Assembly (NCBI GenBank): GCA_965287045.1
Contig: OZ336895.1
Location: 35,526,001-35,590,000, forward strand
Length of the DNA stretch: 64,000 nucleotides
Reading direction: 5' to 3'
Source: Carcharhinus amblyrhynchos
Lineage: Eukaryota
The notes below the pieces were generated by a model that saw only the letters and a program-made list of their open reading frames with translations, was not told the origin of the DNA and did no database searches. The position numbers and the translations under genes were made by a program. Each line of letters begins with the position of its first letter. Positions within the stretch are counted from its first letter, which is position 1. This document shows positions 38,743-51,354 of this stretch, one piece after another.

Positions 38743-40949
38743 AATAATGCAGAACGCAATGCATAGTAGAATAGTAATAATGGTATATAACTGTGCTCCA
38801 TATACAACTCAAAATCAAAGCAAACATGGGCTCTCCAGATGATTACTGCACATGTGGAGAACAGGAAATATTGCAAAAAAAACAGTGTCCTGGATTTCTT
38901 TTACCCTTGCTATATGTTGTGAAACCTTGCCCACATACAAGCTAAGTTATGCTGGTAGTGTAAGTAGATATATTCAAAAAAATATTCTTTTGGCTTCTGG
39001 CTCCAACTAATTGTTGACAAAGTAAACAGTTTCCACCTTTCTAATAATTGACAGCACCAAGTGGGCCCAGATTCAAATACAACGTTAATCCAACAACAAA
39101 ATGTTAGTGAACCTTTTCTGCAAGGCAGCAATCAAATTACAATGCCATATCTAAATAATTCAGCATCTATTTATCCGGGTGAGGGGAATAGAGGGTGGGG
39201 GGAGAGGGAGGGGTCCAAGAGGGCAAGGGTCAGAGAAAGTGTGAGATGCATGAGGACAAGAGAATGAGAGCGAGCGAGAGAGTGGGGGGTTGAACTTGGC
39301 TGCATGAGGGGGAGGGAAGTGGGTGCAGGTGAGAGAAGCCTTGTTAGAAAGGGAAAGCATAAAGCTATGAACATCAGTCAGACTGTTAGAAATATGGATG
39401 AAGACAGGATCCAGCTGAGCTGACTGCATTACAAGAATTTCTTCCAAATATGTGAAGCAGCTATTTACATATATATTATTGAGATTTATATATAAATGAC
39501 AGTTGACAGTCAAGTTTATAAGGCCATAATCTAAAGATTCTGCTGTTCAACTGCTTTTCTTTAGTACCAGTGGACCCAGAAACTAAATTATAACCTTGAA
39601 TTTACTGTCTGCTATTTGGTTTGAAATATATTGACAGCTTTTTTTTATTTTTATAAATGGCCTGGAATAGGTGAAAATATAATAAAATGAGTGGCTATGT
39701 AGGAGCTAAAAACATTATGGCATGAGGATTTTCAGTGAATACATATCAAATCTGATATTTTTATGATGGAAGAGCTGCCAGCTGCGGGCTCTGAATGGTG
39801 GCTATTCTTGGATGACCTGCTAGCTGAACTCTTGGAAAGGCTGCTGAAGTGAAGCCCTTTTGCATACATGGTGGTAATCGGCTTACAGATATGTTAGACT
39901 TTCAGTCACCCAGAGAGGCTGGAAATGACAGCTACTGCTGACCTGCTCAAAGTGACTTTGAAAGCAGGTAATTGGAAGTCATGATCCTTGAATCAATAGC
40001 TGTCTTTGAAAGCAAAACCATGGGGAGCCTGACTACAACACTGACAGGCTGTCTCCAAACTAACCTTAATTGCTTTGATTGCCGATGGAGTTCCTCTACT
40101 TGCATCTGGTGTGGCAAGTCCACAGACCCAGAGTTTCCTCAACAGAAACATACAAAATGATCACCTCCAGGATGCAAACTGACTCCTTGATGCTTGTGCT
40201 GTGAAAGAGGTTTAGTAATTCCATCTTTCTATTTGGTTTTAACATGGACTGGGCACAGGGTGGGTGCATTTGTAAAGGGTCAGAGTGGGCTACTCTGGAG
40301 GTCTGGCACCAATTGGAATTAAATCAGCCACATAAACAAATAACATAATCCCTCCAGCCATTAACAAATTATAAGTCCATCTCTTGGGTGCACTTCATTT
40401 ATTCTAAATTTCAGCCCAGACTTCCAGTATAGATTTTTGACATGCCACACATAAATTTGCAGTATCAAATTAACAGGGCAATCTTAGCCCCCTGTACTTT
40501 CTGCCCACTGGAGATTCAAGTGGCTTCAGTAAGACTCTCAGTACATGGTCCTGATGTACATTCATCAGCCTGAAATGTTAACTCTATCTTCACCTCACCA
40601 CTGATTCTGCCTGACCTCAAGTGCTTACAGCATTTCGTACTCATTTTACAAAGTGCATCGCTCATTTGCGGAATTACTTAAACAAGTTGCTGAGAGAGAG
40701 GATAATAAATACACTTTTTAACCATCACGTGAATTCGCAGCATAGCATGAAGACATTTTATCCTTCTTTCGCTATGCAACATCAGCTTTTAAGATCCTAT
40801 TGCAGACTGGCAAAGCAAGTTCCACTGAAGCCATTGGAATATTGGCAGTAAAGGACAAGGGATAAATAGGAAAGCAATGTGGATTTGTACTGCGGTACTG
40901 GTTGTTAGTTAATGAACAAAAACTTAACCACCAATGGGTACAAGCATTA

Positions 40950-41188
40950 TGGAGGTTGATTTAGCTCAGTTGGCTGAACAGCTGGTTAGTGATGCAGAGT
41001 GATGCCAAAACAGTGCAGGTTCAATTCCCATACCAGCTGAGGTTATTCAGGAAGGCTCCACCTTCTCAACCTTGCTCCTAAGTGGGTAGTGTGGTGATCC
41101 TCAAGTTAAATCTTCATCAGTCAGCTCTTCCCCCTCAAAGGGCAGAGCAACCTATTGTCACCCGGGACTATGGGGACTTTACCTTTAC
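40950..41188 (+). mobile_element. tRNA-derived SINE (third family)
   Basis: A box tagctcagttgg, B box ggttcaattccc, tail gggactatggggactttaccttt; homologous copy at 59458-59682. Confidence 0.75.
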
Positions 41189-41211
41189 AAGCATAACATG
41201 CAAGTGTCCAT

Positions 41212-41500
41212 TAAGTTTATTTTTATTAGTGTCACAAGTAGGCTTACATTAACACTGCAATGAAATTACTGTGAAAATCCCCTAGTCACCACACTCTGCT
41301 GTCTGTTCAGGTACATTGAGGGAGTATTTAGCATAACTAATGTACCTAACCAACATGTCTTTCAGACTGTGGGAGGAAACCGGAGCACCCAGGGGAAACC
41401 CATGCAGACACAGGGAGAACGTTCAGACTCTGACCAAAACCGGGAATTGAACCCAGGTCTCTGGCACTGTGAGACAGCATATGCCTCGTTGTGCCACCAT
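41212..41500 (-). mobile_element. HE1-headed SINE, variant-tail subfamily
   Basis: aagtttatttttattagtgtcacaagtaggcttacattaacactgc...ggaaaccggagcaccc...tgtgccacc. Confidence 0.85.
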
Positions 41501-44479
41501 TTGGACACTTTGTCAGCTATTTCTATAATGGATAAATACTATTGTTCAGCTATATGGTTAAATATATGCATAAACAGAGTTCTGTTGTACCATAAACTGC
41601 AAACACAATGCGCAAGATATATTTCTGTAACAAATCGGCCCACATAAGATGACTTTGTCAATCATGCTGTGTATCTGAGTTACTGTTATATAATTTTTAC
41701 ATTACTTCTGGATTCTTGCCCATCAAGTTCAGAGAAAAAAAGAGTGAACCTTCATTCCAACTGTCAGGGTCGACAGTTTCTCTAATTGTGAACAATGATG
41801 ATAGTAAAATGTTTTCTCCTCCCATACATCTGTTTTTCCCTTAATGCTCCTCCCACAACCCAAGATAGTTCCATGCCTTCATTTTTTGACAGTCTAGCCA
41901 TCACTATTGGCAGTATCTGTTATAACTGATCCACAAAAAAAAACATGGGGTGAAGTAAATTTCCTCCTCTGACCAATCAGCAAATACCTGGCAAGTTGAG
42001 GGGGAGGGAGTTGGAGAGAGGGGGGAGAGAGAGAGAGAGAGAAAGAAAGCTGGAGAGAAGACAGAGTAACAGATTAAACATTGGAATAAAAACACTTGTG
42101 CAGATTGCTGAGAACTAGCAACATGGTGCCACACGGGACACTAATGCAAAGAAATAATGGTTTTCCAAACTAAAAGAAAAGTAAAAAAGTCATTCAGATT
42201 CAAAAGTATTAATGCACTTAGCTAAAATAAATAGTCACATATTCATGTATTCAACAAAACACGGTAACTCTTAGATAGCCTTGTCTCTCAGGTAATCATG
42301 ATGAGAATACTCTGCAGCCTGCAGAAAATCATACAACCAGAAGCTGCAATCTGTTCTTTGGCCTGTCTTTTTCATGAATTACTTTAATGATGTATTGTAG
42401 CCTGTGATCCACATGCTGCATCACAGGTAACCAGTAATGATGGCACACTGATTGCTGCAATTGCTGCAGCAGGTTGTCTTACAGTTAAATCTCAATATTC
42501 CCCTCTTGAAAGAATCATTTATTCATATAGTAAATCTGAGATTGTACACAAGTGTCTAACAAAGTCATTTAGAGTAGAGTTCATTTTATATCTGCAATGC
42601 CATTCAGTGCAGCCCATCTTCAGACAGATACATTAAACAGTTTACTCTTCAGCTGTCTTAAATCACACCTTGTGGTAATAAATCTTGCATCTAACATTTG
42701 CTAACCAGTGGCTTTAAGAACATTTTAAGGTGATGCACCATTCTTCTACTTTTGCACTGCTGAAAAAAAAAGCACGTTACCATAGCTTTTTGTCTTGCGA
42801 TCATTAGGACAGCTAAATTAGATAAGCCAAAAGTAATAGCAATATTTAACAGCAATATTTATACTGCATAAGAAAAGGACGTAGACAACAGTTCACTTTG
42901 ATAACATCTACACTTCAATATCCCCACTATCAAGCTTATTTCCTATTTCTGGCAGACCCTTAAGCCAAGGTGGTAAATGGGTCACCTACTCCCAGTCACA
43001 ACGAATACCTGAAGAGACCCCTCCCCCCCAAGGGAGCAAAGAGATGCACAATGACCATGCAGGGAGGTGACTGTCTTCTCTGCTCCCCAATTCTCTACAA
43101 CAGTTCAAGATACAGTAATTGAAAGGGAAGTTACTTCACGTGACTAATTCTGCATGAAACTACTCTTGGACTCTCAAATTTCAATTCCTCTTTCCAAACA
43201 TTTAGTGTAGACTATCTCACTGTAGACTCATATTCTTCTAGTTAGTACCAAAAGGAATTAGTATTATCAATGCTACAACATCATGTTCAATGTTGGATTT
43301 TATAAGTCACCTTCCAGAGGTGGAATCCCACAGGAAGAAAGTCATCCTTGGTTCTGAGGGACTGCCTCAGAACAAGGTGGCCATCATGCAAAGTGGTTTT
43401 AGACCAAGTCATATTCCATGTGCTTGGCATCACTAAACATTTCTAATATAGGGGAGGTGGGAAGAGCAGACTCAAACATCCAATACTCCCACAAGGATAA
43501 TGTCAGTGATATATTGATCAGGTCATGCTGGCAGGCAGAGACAAAGCTATGTATTTCATGACTACATGGAAGTTCAAATGCATTAGTGAAAATAAGATCA
43601 TATGCACGAGGTGGCAATAGGTGTGCGCTGAATGGATGCTGTACTGTGAAAAGCAAAGTTGCTGAGATTTCTGAGAATTTATCCCAGAAGTGACAGCCAA
43701 GATCCTACGCAAAATGTTACTTAAAAATATAATTAGTGCTGACTGGCTATAGTATACTCCTTTCATCTTGCCTAATGTACATCTAAGGGTCCAAGATGGT
43801 TCTAAAATCTCAAGAGGGATAGAAAATTGAAAATGTGGTCCAAGTAAAAACTAAATGCAGAACTTTGATATTATTAGGGCTTGGTGTCAGTACATTATCT
43901 ATTCCAATTCCTGTCATCACAGAGAATGTTTCAAAAGATCTAGATTCAGAAACACTAAGCAAATTGGTCAACGTTGGGTACCTATATAAAATTTATTAAA
44001 GTAGTAGATAAAATTCATATTTAATTCACGGTACTGGCACACTGGGGAAAAAAAATCATGAAAGATATAAAAAAGTAATTGCAGAATTATATAAAGTGAC
44101 TGGATCATGGTGAAGGGGATCTTAGAGTGTTAATAGACTGGGTACTGTAGTTGCTATGAACGAGTCAATAACACAGATAAAATGCAGAATTATATTACTA
44201 AAGCAGAAGAGTCAGCAGTCATGTAATGGTTAGCTATTGGCTGATGAACCAAGTTAGGGTTAACAATCTTGTTTACCTGCATGTCAGGTACTGACCTCAA
44301 CTCAGAGGTAGCACTCACTCCTCCAAGCCAGGAACATTGTAGCTTCATACCACAGATATAAGCACATAAATTAGACTGGGATTTGGTGTAATACAGCAAA
44401 CGCTCAGTATTGGAGCCACCGTCTCTCAAATCAAACATTAAACAGAGATCTCAATAAACCTTCTCAGGAAGACAAAAGA

Positions 44480-44740
44480 TCTGAAAATTCAAAGCTAGTC
44501 TGAATAACGAAGGCCAGGAAACTAGCATCGATCATCCTAAAAACCTATCTGGTTCATTAACATTCTTTAAGGAAGGAAATTTGCCAGTCTTCCATGCTAT
44601 GACCTATGACTCCAGATCTACAGCAATATGGCTGACTCTCAACTGCCCTCTGGAATGGCAAAGCAAACCATTGAGTTCAAGGGCAATTCGGTTTGGCAAC
44701 TAATGCTGACTTTTCCAGCAAAGACCTTACTCCAGAAAAG
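44480..44740 (+). mobile_element. tRNA-headed SINE with second-LINE tail, inserted in a Deu-SINE
   Basis: atctggttcattaacattctttaaggaaggaaat...gactctcaactgccctctggaatgg...gggcaatt. Confidence 0.65.
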
Positions 44741-44770
44741 AATAAAGAAAACAATATTAAGAGGTATCAT

Positions 44771-45552
44771 AAGAACATAAGAAATAGGAGCAGGAGTAGG
44801 CCATCTAGCCCTTCGAGCCTGCCCCGCCATTCAATAAGATCATGGCTGATCTGTCGTGGCTCAGTTTCACTTTCCCGCCCTCTCCCCATAACCCTTAATC
44901 CCCTCTCTTATCAAGAGCCCATCAACCCGCTTCTTAAAAATATTTAGCGAGGCAGCCTCCACCACTTCAACGGGCAGAGAATTCCAGATATTCACCACCC
45001 TTTGAGTGAAGACGTTCCTCCTCAACTCCGTTCTAAACCGCCTCCCCCTTATCTTGAGGCTGTGCCCCCTAGTCCTACTGTCTTCTTTGAGCGGGAAGAG
45101 TCTCTCCACCTCTATCCTATCCATCCCATTCATCATCTTATACGTCTCAATGAGATCTCCCCTCATTCTTCTAAACTCTAACGAGTACAAGCCTAGTTTA
45201 TTCAGCCTCTCCTCATAGCTCAACCCCCTCAACTCCGGTATCAGCCTAGTAAACCTCCTCTGCACTCCCTCCAGGGCCAAAATATCCTTGCGCAGGTGCG
45301 GCGCCCAAAACTGCACACAGTACTCCAGCTGCGGCCTCACCAATGCCCTATACAGCTGCAGCAAGACCTCCCTACTTTTATATTCAATCCCCCTCGCTAT
45401 GAAGGCCAGCATCCCATTCGCCTTCCTGACCACCTGCTGCACCTGCAAGCTGGGTTTTTGGGACTCATGCACAAGGACCCCGAGGTCCCTCTGCACCATC
45501 GCCTGCTGCAGTTTTTCGCCACGTAAGTAATAGTCCTTCCTACCATTCTTCC
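44771..45552 (-). mobile_element. Young CR1 LINE, 5'-truncated, intact RT C-terminal ORF, 6-bp TSD TATCAT
   Basis: Uninterrupted 210-aa ORF (44867-45499), CpG-rich, (TTCTTATG)2 tail; TATCAT at 44765-44770 and 45553-45558. Confidence 0.95.
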
Positions 45553-45558
45553 TATCAT

Positions 45559-45760
45559 GGCACTACTGAAAGAAAAACAGGGATTTCTCCCATATTCTGG
45601 TCAGCATTTATCCCTCAACCATCACCACTGAGAAAGGATTATCTGGCTATTTGTATTATTCCTTTCACATTTCCTCTAGTGGCTAGACTTCAAAGTTGGT
45701 TAATTGATTGAAAAGCACTTTGGGTCATCCTGAGGCCATCAAATGCACTATATAAACATT
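45559..45760 (+). mobile_element. 3' half of a Deu-domain SINE whose 5' part lies at about 44380-44480
   Basis: ggcactactgaaagaaaaacagggatttctccc...atttatccctcaacc...gattatctgg...cttcaaag...gcactttgggtcatcctgagg...tatataaa. Confidence 0.65.
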
Positions 45761-45987
45761 TTTTTCTATTTGTTTGACACAACTGATACACATTGGAAGG
45801 TTTGGGAGGTTTGTCCAGAGTAAATTAGGAGATTTGAAATCAATTGGAAAGCTCAGCATCCTCATTACATCAGTTTTGGTGCATCTGCCACTGGGGTATT
45901 TTCAACTGTTTAAATCCATCATAGCAGGTTATAGAAAAAAAACGTAATTGCTTCAGAATCTATAAATTCTAACTGGAGAACAGCATA

Positions 45988-46240
45988 CAATCAGAGATTT
46001 ACAGTATGGAAACAAGGCCCTTCGGCCCAACTTGTTCATGCCACCCTTTCTTTAAAACTACTAAGCTAGTCCCAATCGCCTGCGCTTGGCCGATATCCCT
46101 CCATATCTATCTTATTCACGTAACTATCTAAATGCTTTTTAAAAGACAAAATTGTACCCGTCCCTACTACTGTCTCTGGCAGCTTGTTTCAGACACCACC
46201 CTGTGTGAAAAAATTGCTCTTCTGGACCTTTTTGCATTTC
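45988..46240 (-). mobile_element. CR1 3' end, same subfamily as 18578-19112
   Basis: tttttaaaagacaaaattgtacc...ctactac...cagcttgtttcagacac is the reverse complement of the 18900-19100 region. Confidence 0.8.
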
Positions 46241-46287
46241 CCTCAGCAGTAGGAAACCTTCCTTAACAAAGTAATAAGACTGTTCCA

Positions 46288-47214
46288 AGTCATGATGCGA
46301 TAATCATTGACCCAGAAGTAACACAATAAGGAAAATTTGTAATTTCTTTAGAATGTCTGTAGAATCTGCAGTTGTTTTTAAGAACGTTTGAAAAGTCAGT
46401 TGTAAAAAGGATGAACTGTACTAGGATATTAGGAAGTGTTGATCCATGTGACATGATAGCTTTTGAGTTAGAAGCAATACCAGCAGGAACAACGTTAAGA
46501 CAAGAAGCCATCTGACCGGCAGATACACAAGACAGCTAAAAGCAGAGGAGCTGGAGGACGAAGGCAACTAGTGCATGGATGCAGACAGAGCCAAAAAAAA
46601 CAGAGAGAGAATTCTTATGTGGGGAAGTAAAACACTCAGAGTTCAGTTTTCTTCTTTGGTATAAAAGGATACAGGGGAGGGGGGGGGGGGGGGGGGGGGA
46701 ATGTCTGTTGGTTAACGCTGTCCAAAGTTCAGAGGTGCTAAAGAGCTGAACGTTTTCCCAGAAGTCAAACAATGGACATGCATGTTATTGGCTGTTGGTT
46801 ACAAGGGAATTCTGAGAAGCTGTATCATCTGACTGTCATGATTTGAGGGGGAGGGGTTTGTAGAAGCATGTCTTGCTGATAATGACCTTACCTGTGAAAC
46901 TCAGAAGGTGAAAGCAGCTGTTGGAGAGGACTCCTAACCTATCCAGTGTGAATAAAAAACATTTTGTCAACCTGCTGAGTGATCACTCAATGTACGTGGG
47001 GGCAGGGGAATGATGCAAATATTATTGTTGGATCAATTATTCGAAGTGAATTTTACCTTTTTATCTAAAATATCATTAGCTTGTTAATTCACATGTACTT
47101 TGCACTGGTTCTGATGAATGTCAAAGTAAAAGCTACAAAAAGCAGAATCCTGGTAATGTCTTCGCTGGGGTCATTTGGTAAATTCTGTTTATATTTCCCA
47201 TAGGGATCTTGACA
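46288..47214 (+). mobile_element. Solo-LTR-like segment
   Basis: Starts (a)GTCATGA like the 2644-3659 element, ends CTTGACA, has AGTAAA near the 3' end; no TSD seen. Confidence 0.4.
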
Positions 47215-48494
47215 AAATTGCTTGCAATAATTTTAACATTTACAAATACTTTCTCACTGGAAGTCAAAACTAACAAAGCTATTCCAATGATTTTTATTTT
47301 CCCAGGATTTTTTTTTGCCTCCCTGAGGACATGTAGAATCCCTACAACATAGAAGGAGGCCAGGCCAGGCATAACATACATCTTAAATCAGTAATCAAGG
47401 CAGGAAACACACTAAGCTGCAGCTCTTCCAGCTTCAGGAGTTACTATCCCATTGGGTGAGACAATAAGCTATATGGGCAAGCAAAATCCTAGGTTTGCTT
47501 TTTGGTCTGCCCTAAATTGGGTAATCTCAGCAGGGGTGTTAATAAGGGATCATATTCATCAAGTTCTCTTCAACCTCCCTGTCGTGCAATACATTTGCAG
47601 ATAATGAGCACTGGGTCTGAATATGCGGACGAACAATGAATAGCCATCTGCCACCCACAATCTAGACTTGCGCATTAAGCATGTCTAAGAGTACAAGAGT
47701 GGAATGGCCAACTGAGTCAGTGCCCTCAGGAGAGGGCAGAACACCATGGTTCCCTGACCAGATGACTTTTGTGTCATCAGAAAGCATACTTAAGTGAAAT
47801 TGTGGGTAGAAGTTAAAGAATTCATACCTTACCCACTCTGTGGCACAATATTTCAGTGCACAGAGGCTATGTGCACCAAGAATACCAAATTATGCATTAT
47901 TGTCATTAGTACAGACCATCCTTTGGCAAATGTGGGGACTACCATGGGGTTTGTCTCGCTCTGAATCAAATTGGTGCACAGTAATATGTACTATAGTTGT
48001 CAGCAGGGAACATGGCCTTATTCTAAAACCCATTTTGTGTGACAGGTCCTTTAGAAAAGTCAGGAACATAAATGCATTTAATATATTTATGACGTCTGCT
48101 ATTTCCCTGTAATAAATATAGTCACATAAAGCTCAATAGCATTACAGTACAAATCGTGTGTTACAGTGACTGCAATATTAACCACACAGTACATAAGTTT
48201 AAATCACAGTGCAATCTGTTGATGTCCACCTTAAGCTATAACCACTATTTACCACATAATTGGGTGAACTGTAAGAAACCGCTGAAAGAATGTATTTATT
48301 CTTAAAAAAAAATGTGCATCCCATGTTTCTGTCCATCAATATTACCCTTGAACTGTGCTTTCCACAGTTTAGACTTAAACAGTCTGGTAAATAATTCCAG
48401 AATGCTTAAAAAAAAGACTTGTATTTACAGAACACCATTCACAAAAGTAATTAATACTGATGAAGCTGAATAATTGTTAGCAAGATAAAGAAAT

Positions 48495-48930
48495 ATCTGC
48501 ACTTGCATCGCATCTTTCATGACATCAACAGGTCTCAATTTGCTTTACAGCTGGTGAAGTACTTTGGAAGTACAATGACTGTCGTAAGATAACAAGTTTG
48601 GCAACCAATTTCCACTCAGGATGCACCCACAAACAGCAATGTGACAGGGACCAGATAATTTTTTTGATAGTGACATTTCAAAGACACTGGGGATAATGCC
48701 CTGGCTCCTCTTTGAAATAGTACCATGGGATTCTATTGCATCCAACTAGACTGAGCCTCAGTTTCCTGTTGATGGGAAAAATCAAAAACTCTGACACTAT
48801 GATACTCTCTCAGTAGTGCCCCAGAATGTCAGCCTCTATTTTTGTGCTCAAATTTCTAGATTGGGAGTTGAACACACAACATTCTGACTCAAAGACAAGA
48901 ATTCCACCAACTAAGCCCAGGCTGGCACTA
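48495..48930 (-). mobile_element. Deu-domain tRNA SINE (SacSINE1-like), near full length
   Basis: Minus strand: head ggcttagttgg...gagtcagaatgttgtgtgttcaactccca, Deu-like gaatcccatggtactatttcaaagaggagc...ccccagtgtc, tail acttccaaagtacttca...gtaaagc...tgaaagatgcg...gcaagt. Confidence 0.7.
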
Positions 48931-50721
48931 ATTAATTAATTAATTAAATGAACTAATAAAGTAACCCCTGCCCCTAATTTCTTATTGATGTGTAACATTA
49001 TTATGTGAAGTCCAAGATGAAGAAAATTCCTGGAATATGTTTCTTAGAAATTGAAGAAAATGTCATTAATATTTATGTATTCTTTTTGTCTGCGTGCAAT
49101 GAAGCTTCCAGAATACTGGAAGACTACCCGTGCCCCATCCATTCATTTTCCATCCCCTCTGTTATTGCAATGATGCTGTATGATTTAAAACGCCCTTATT
49201 CGGGGCAATCCAGGCAGTCCTATCACAACTATTCAACTCGCACAACCCTGGACACGTCCATCTTGAAAAAACAAAACAGGAGTCTGCCTTGTTCACTCAC
49301 ACACTGTTTTATTATACTATATACTACCGTACATTTAGAAAACTTTGAGGCATTTAAATTCAACAGTGACACGGAGTTGCAAAATACCCTCGCGTTGTCC
49401 ACACTTCAATCAGCTGCCCAAATTAAACAGCATCAGTTGAGTAAACCAGCAGTAAAACTTAGGATTTGCTAATTTTACAGAAAATATCCTGACCTGCCCA
49501 AACATCCCACTCTTTCATTCGAGATATGGAGTGCAACAGCATCCTACATTCAGGATGTGTTGACAGAGTACACCTTAGAAAGTCCTTCTAGGGTTAATGC
49601 TTGAAATGTGAGACACAAACATTAACATTTTGTGCGAATTTAAGAGATAAGCAAACGGGTGGCTTTTGTCAAGTAACGCACATTTTTTTAATGTTACAAA
49701 TAAACTCCAACGAAGAGAATGAAATTGCATACAGGATTCCAGCCAGGAGTATTCAGTCGACATTGCTGCTTTAATGAACCCATTGCTCCCTCAAGGCATC
49801 TATCATCTCTTTAGTTCATGTATAAAAATCCATCAAGATTACTGACAAACACCACAAGGGAGCTGCAAGGACAGCTCCATTATCTGACAAATAAGTGAAG
49901 CAAACCAAACTGAACTGTTATTGCATTAGGAGGACAGCAGTCACAACAGAACGCATTAAATTCAAATTAAACTTTTTTTTTGCTGCTGTTTATTCCATCA
50001 AAACCTTTTCAAATGTCTGCAAGACCTTTATTGTTACAGTTAGAAAACATTAAAAAGTGCTACTCAGAGGCTGAAGCTGAGATCTATTCTGTTATATGTT
50101 GGATGTCCTATTTGATTTGAGATTCATTTTAGGCTCCATTCTTATTCCTTTCAAAGGCCATCACTTACAGAATACCTCCTGAACTGCACAGTGAAGTACA
50201 AAATCAGAATAGAATCATAGAATCCTTACAGTGCAGAATGAGGCCATTCAGTCCATCAAGAGGTATACTGAACCCCAGAATAGAATTCTCAAAATTAAGA
50301 CAGAAAAATGATGTGTTTCAATTTTCTACCCACTCCCCAAGTACACAATGTGAGTCACTTCACACGAGCATGGCTGTGTGGCACTGGAATCTGATCCTAG
50401 ATTAAAGACAGAGGATCAAGTAACTACAATGTTACTCAGTTTTCCAAGCATTTACATCAAGCTCTAATGAACTCACTCATACTTTGCTTTTCCATCTCTC
50501 TGGTTGTATTTTGATTTGACATGAACTGATTAATTAAATGGTGGTAGCGACTGCACAGTACACTGCATTATGCCCAGGCACTAAGATTTGAGTTTAATTC
50601 AAGTATCGCACACGTCAAATTCATTGGGCCAAGTCGTTCTGACCAATTAACAGTGGATTTATGTCACACGATTACAATATGAGCAAAGTGACCAGGAAGT
50701 CCAGAAGAAGAGGGAGACCAA

Positions 50722-51354
50722 GGGCTGGATTATGAAGTGAGGGCAGGTTCTCAGCACCCCAAGGGATGAGTCCATCTCCACTCAGCTGGGTTGCCCCTTT
50801 TTCAAGCAATGGCCCTTGGACTAGTCTGAGGCAGGTGTTCAGTACATCCACCAACTAGCAGCCAGTAGCTCTGCATGCCAGCGGAAGTGGTGGCCACCTT
50901 TCATTTTGCAGTCAGGATAAGGAGATGGCCTTCAGCAACGGACCCAGGTACATCTGGAATTTCACTACAGCCAGGGTGGCAGCCATCAGCAGGTGAGGGA
51001 GTATTAGAAGCCATTTTTAGAAGGGTAAGGTGTGGGGTGGAGAAAGTATAAATATGCAGAGGGGCTTCAGATTAGCATCAGGTGCCCGGCAAGAAGCACA
51101 CCTGCCAGGCTGCAAATGGAACCCCCCCAATACCCTCCTGCCCCTCACCCTGTGAGCATTAACTGCTTGCCCAGTTAAGGGCCCCAGTTGGGCCTTAATG
51201 GACCCACTCGACACCTCTCCATGCCGCTTGTTGAACTGCAATAAGAGTGGAGAGCAGGCAGGCTGACAGCAGCACACAGCCAATGGCATGACACCTAAAC
51301 TTATGGACCCATTAATCTACTTTTCCCCTGCTAGTGGTGCTCAAAATTCAGCCC
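50722..51354. mobile_element. Non-autonomous PIF/Harbinger-like MITE, 633 bp
   Basis: TIRs GGGCTGGATTATGA and TCAAAATTCAGCCC (12/14 match); 3-bp TSD CAA at 50719-50721 and 51355-51357. Confidence 0.75.

Noticed and set aside
39945-40137. Possible extra minus-strand exon after tttgtatgtttctgttgag
   Set aside because: Weak GAG acceptor; using the nearest donor gives 73 nt (frameshift), otherwise a stop; the flanking real exons already join in frame and match the ortholog without a gap.
40950-41040. tRNA gene (also the other SINE heads)
   Set aside because: A and B boxes are present but no full cloverleaf, and each continues into a SINE body.
44867-45499. 210-aa ORF as a host gene
   Set aside because: It is the C-terminus of CR1 ORF2 with the LINE 3' UTR, tail and TSD.
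49005-49472. 155-aa plus-strand ORF
   Set aside because: No recognisable domain, non-ATG start, no splice context; consistent with a chance ORF.
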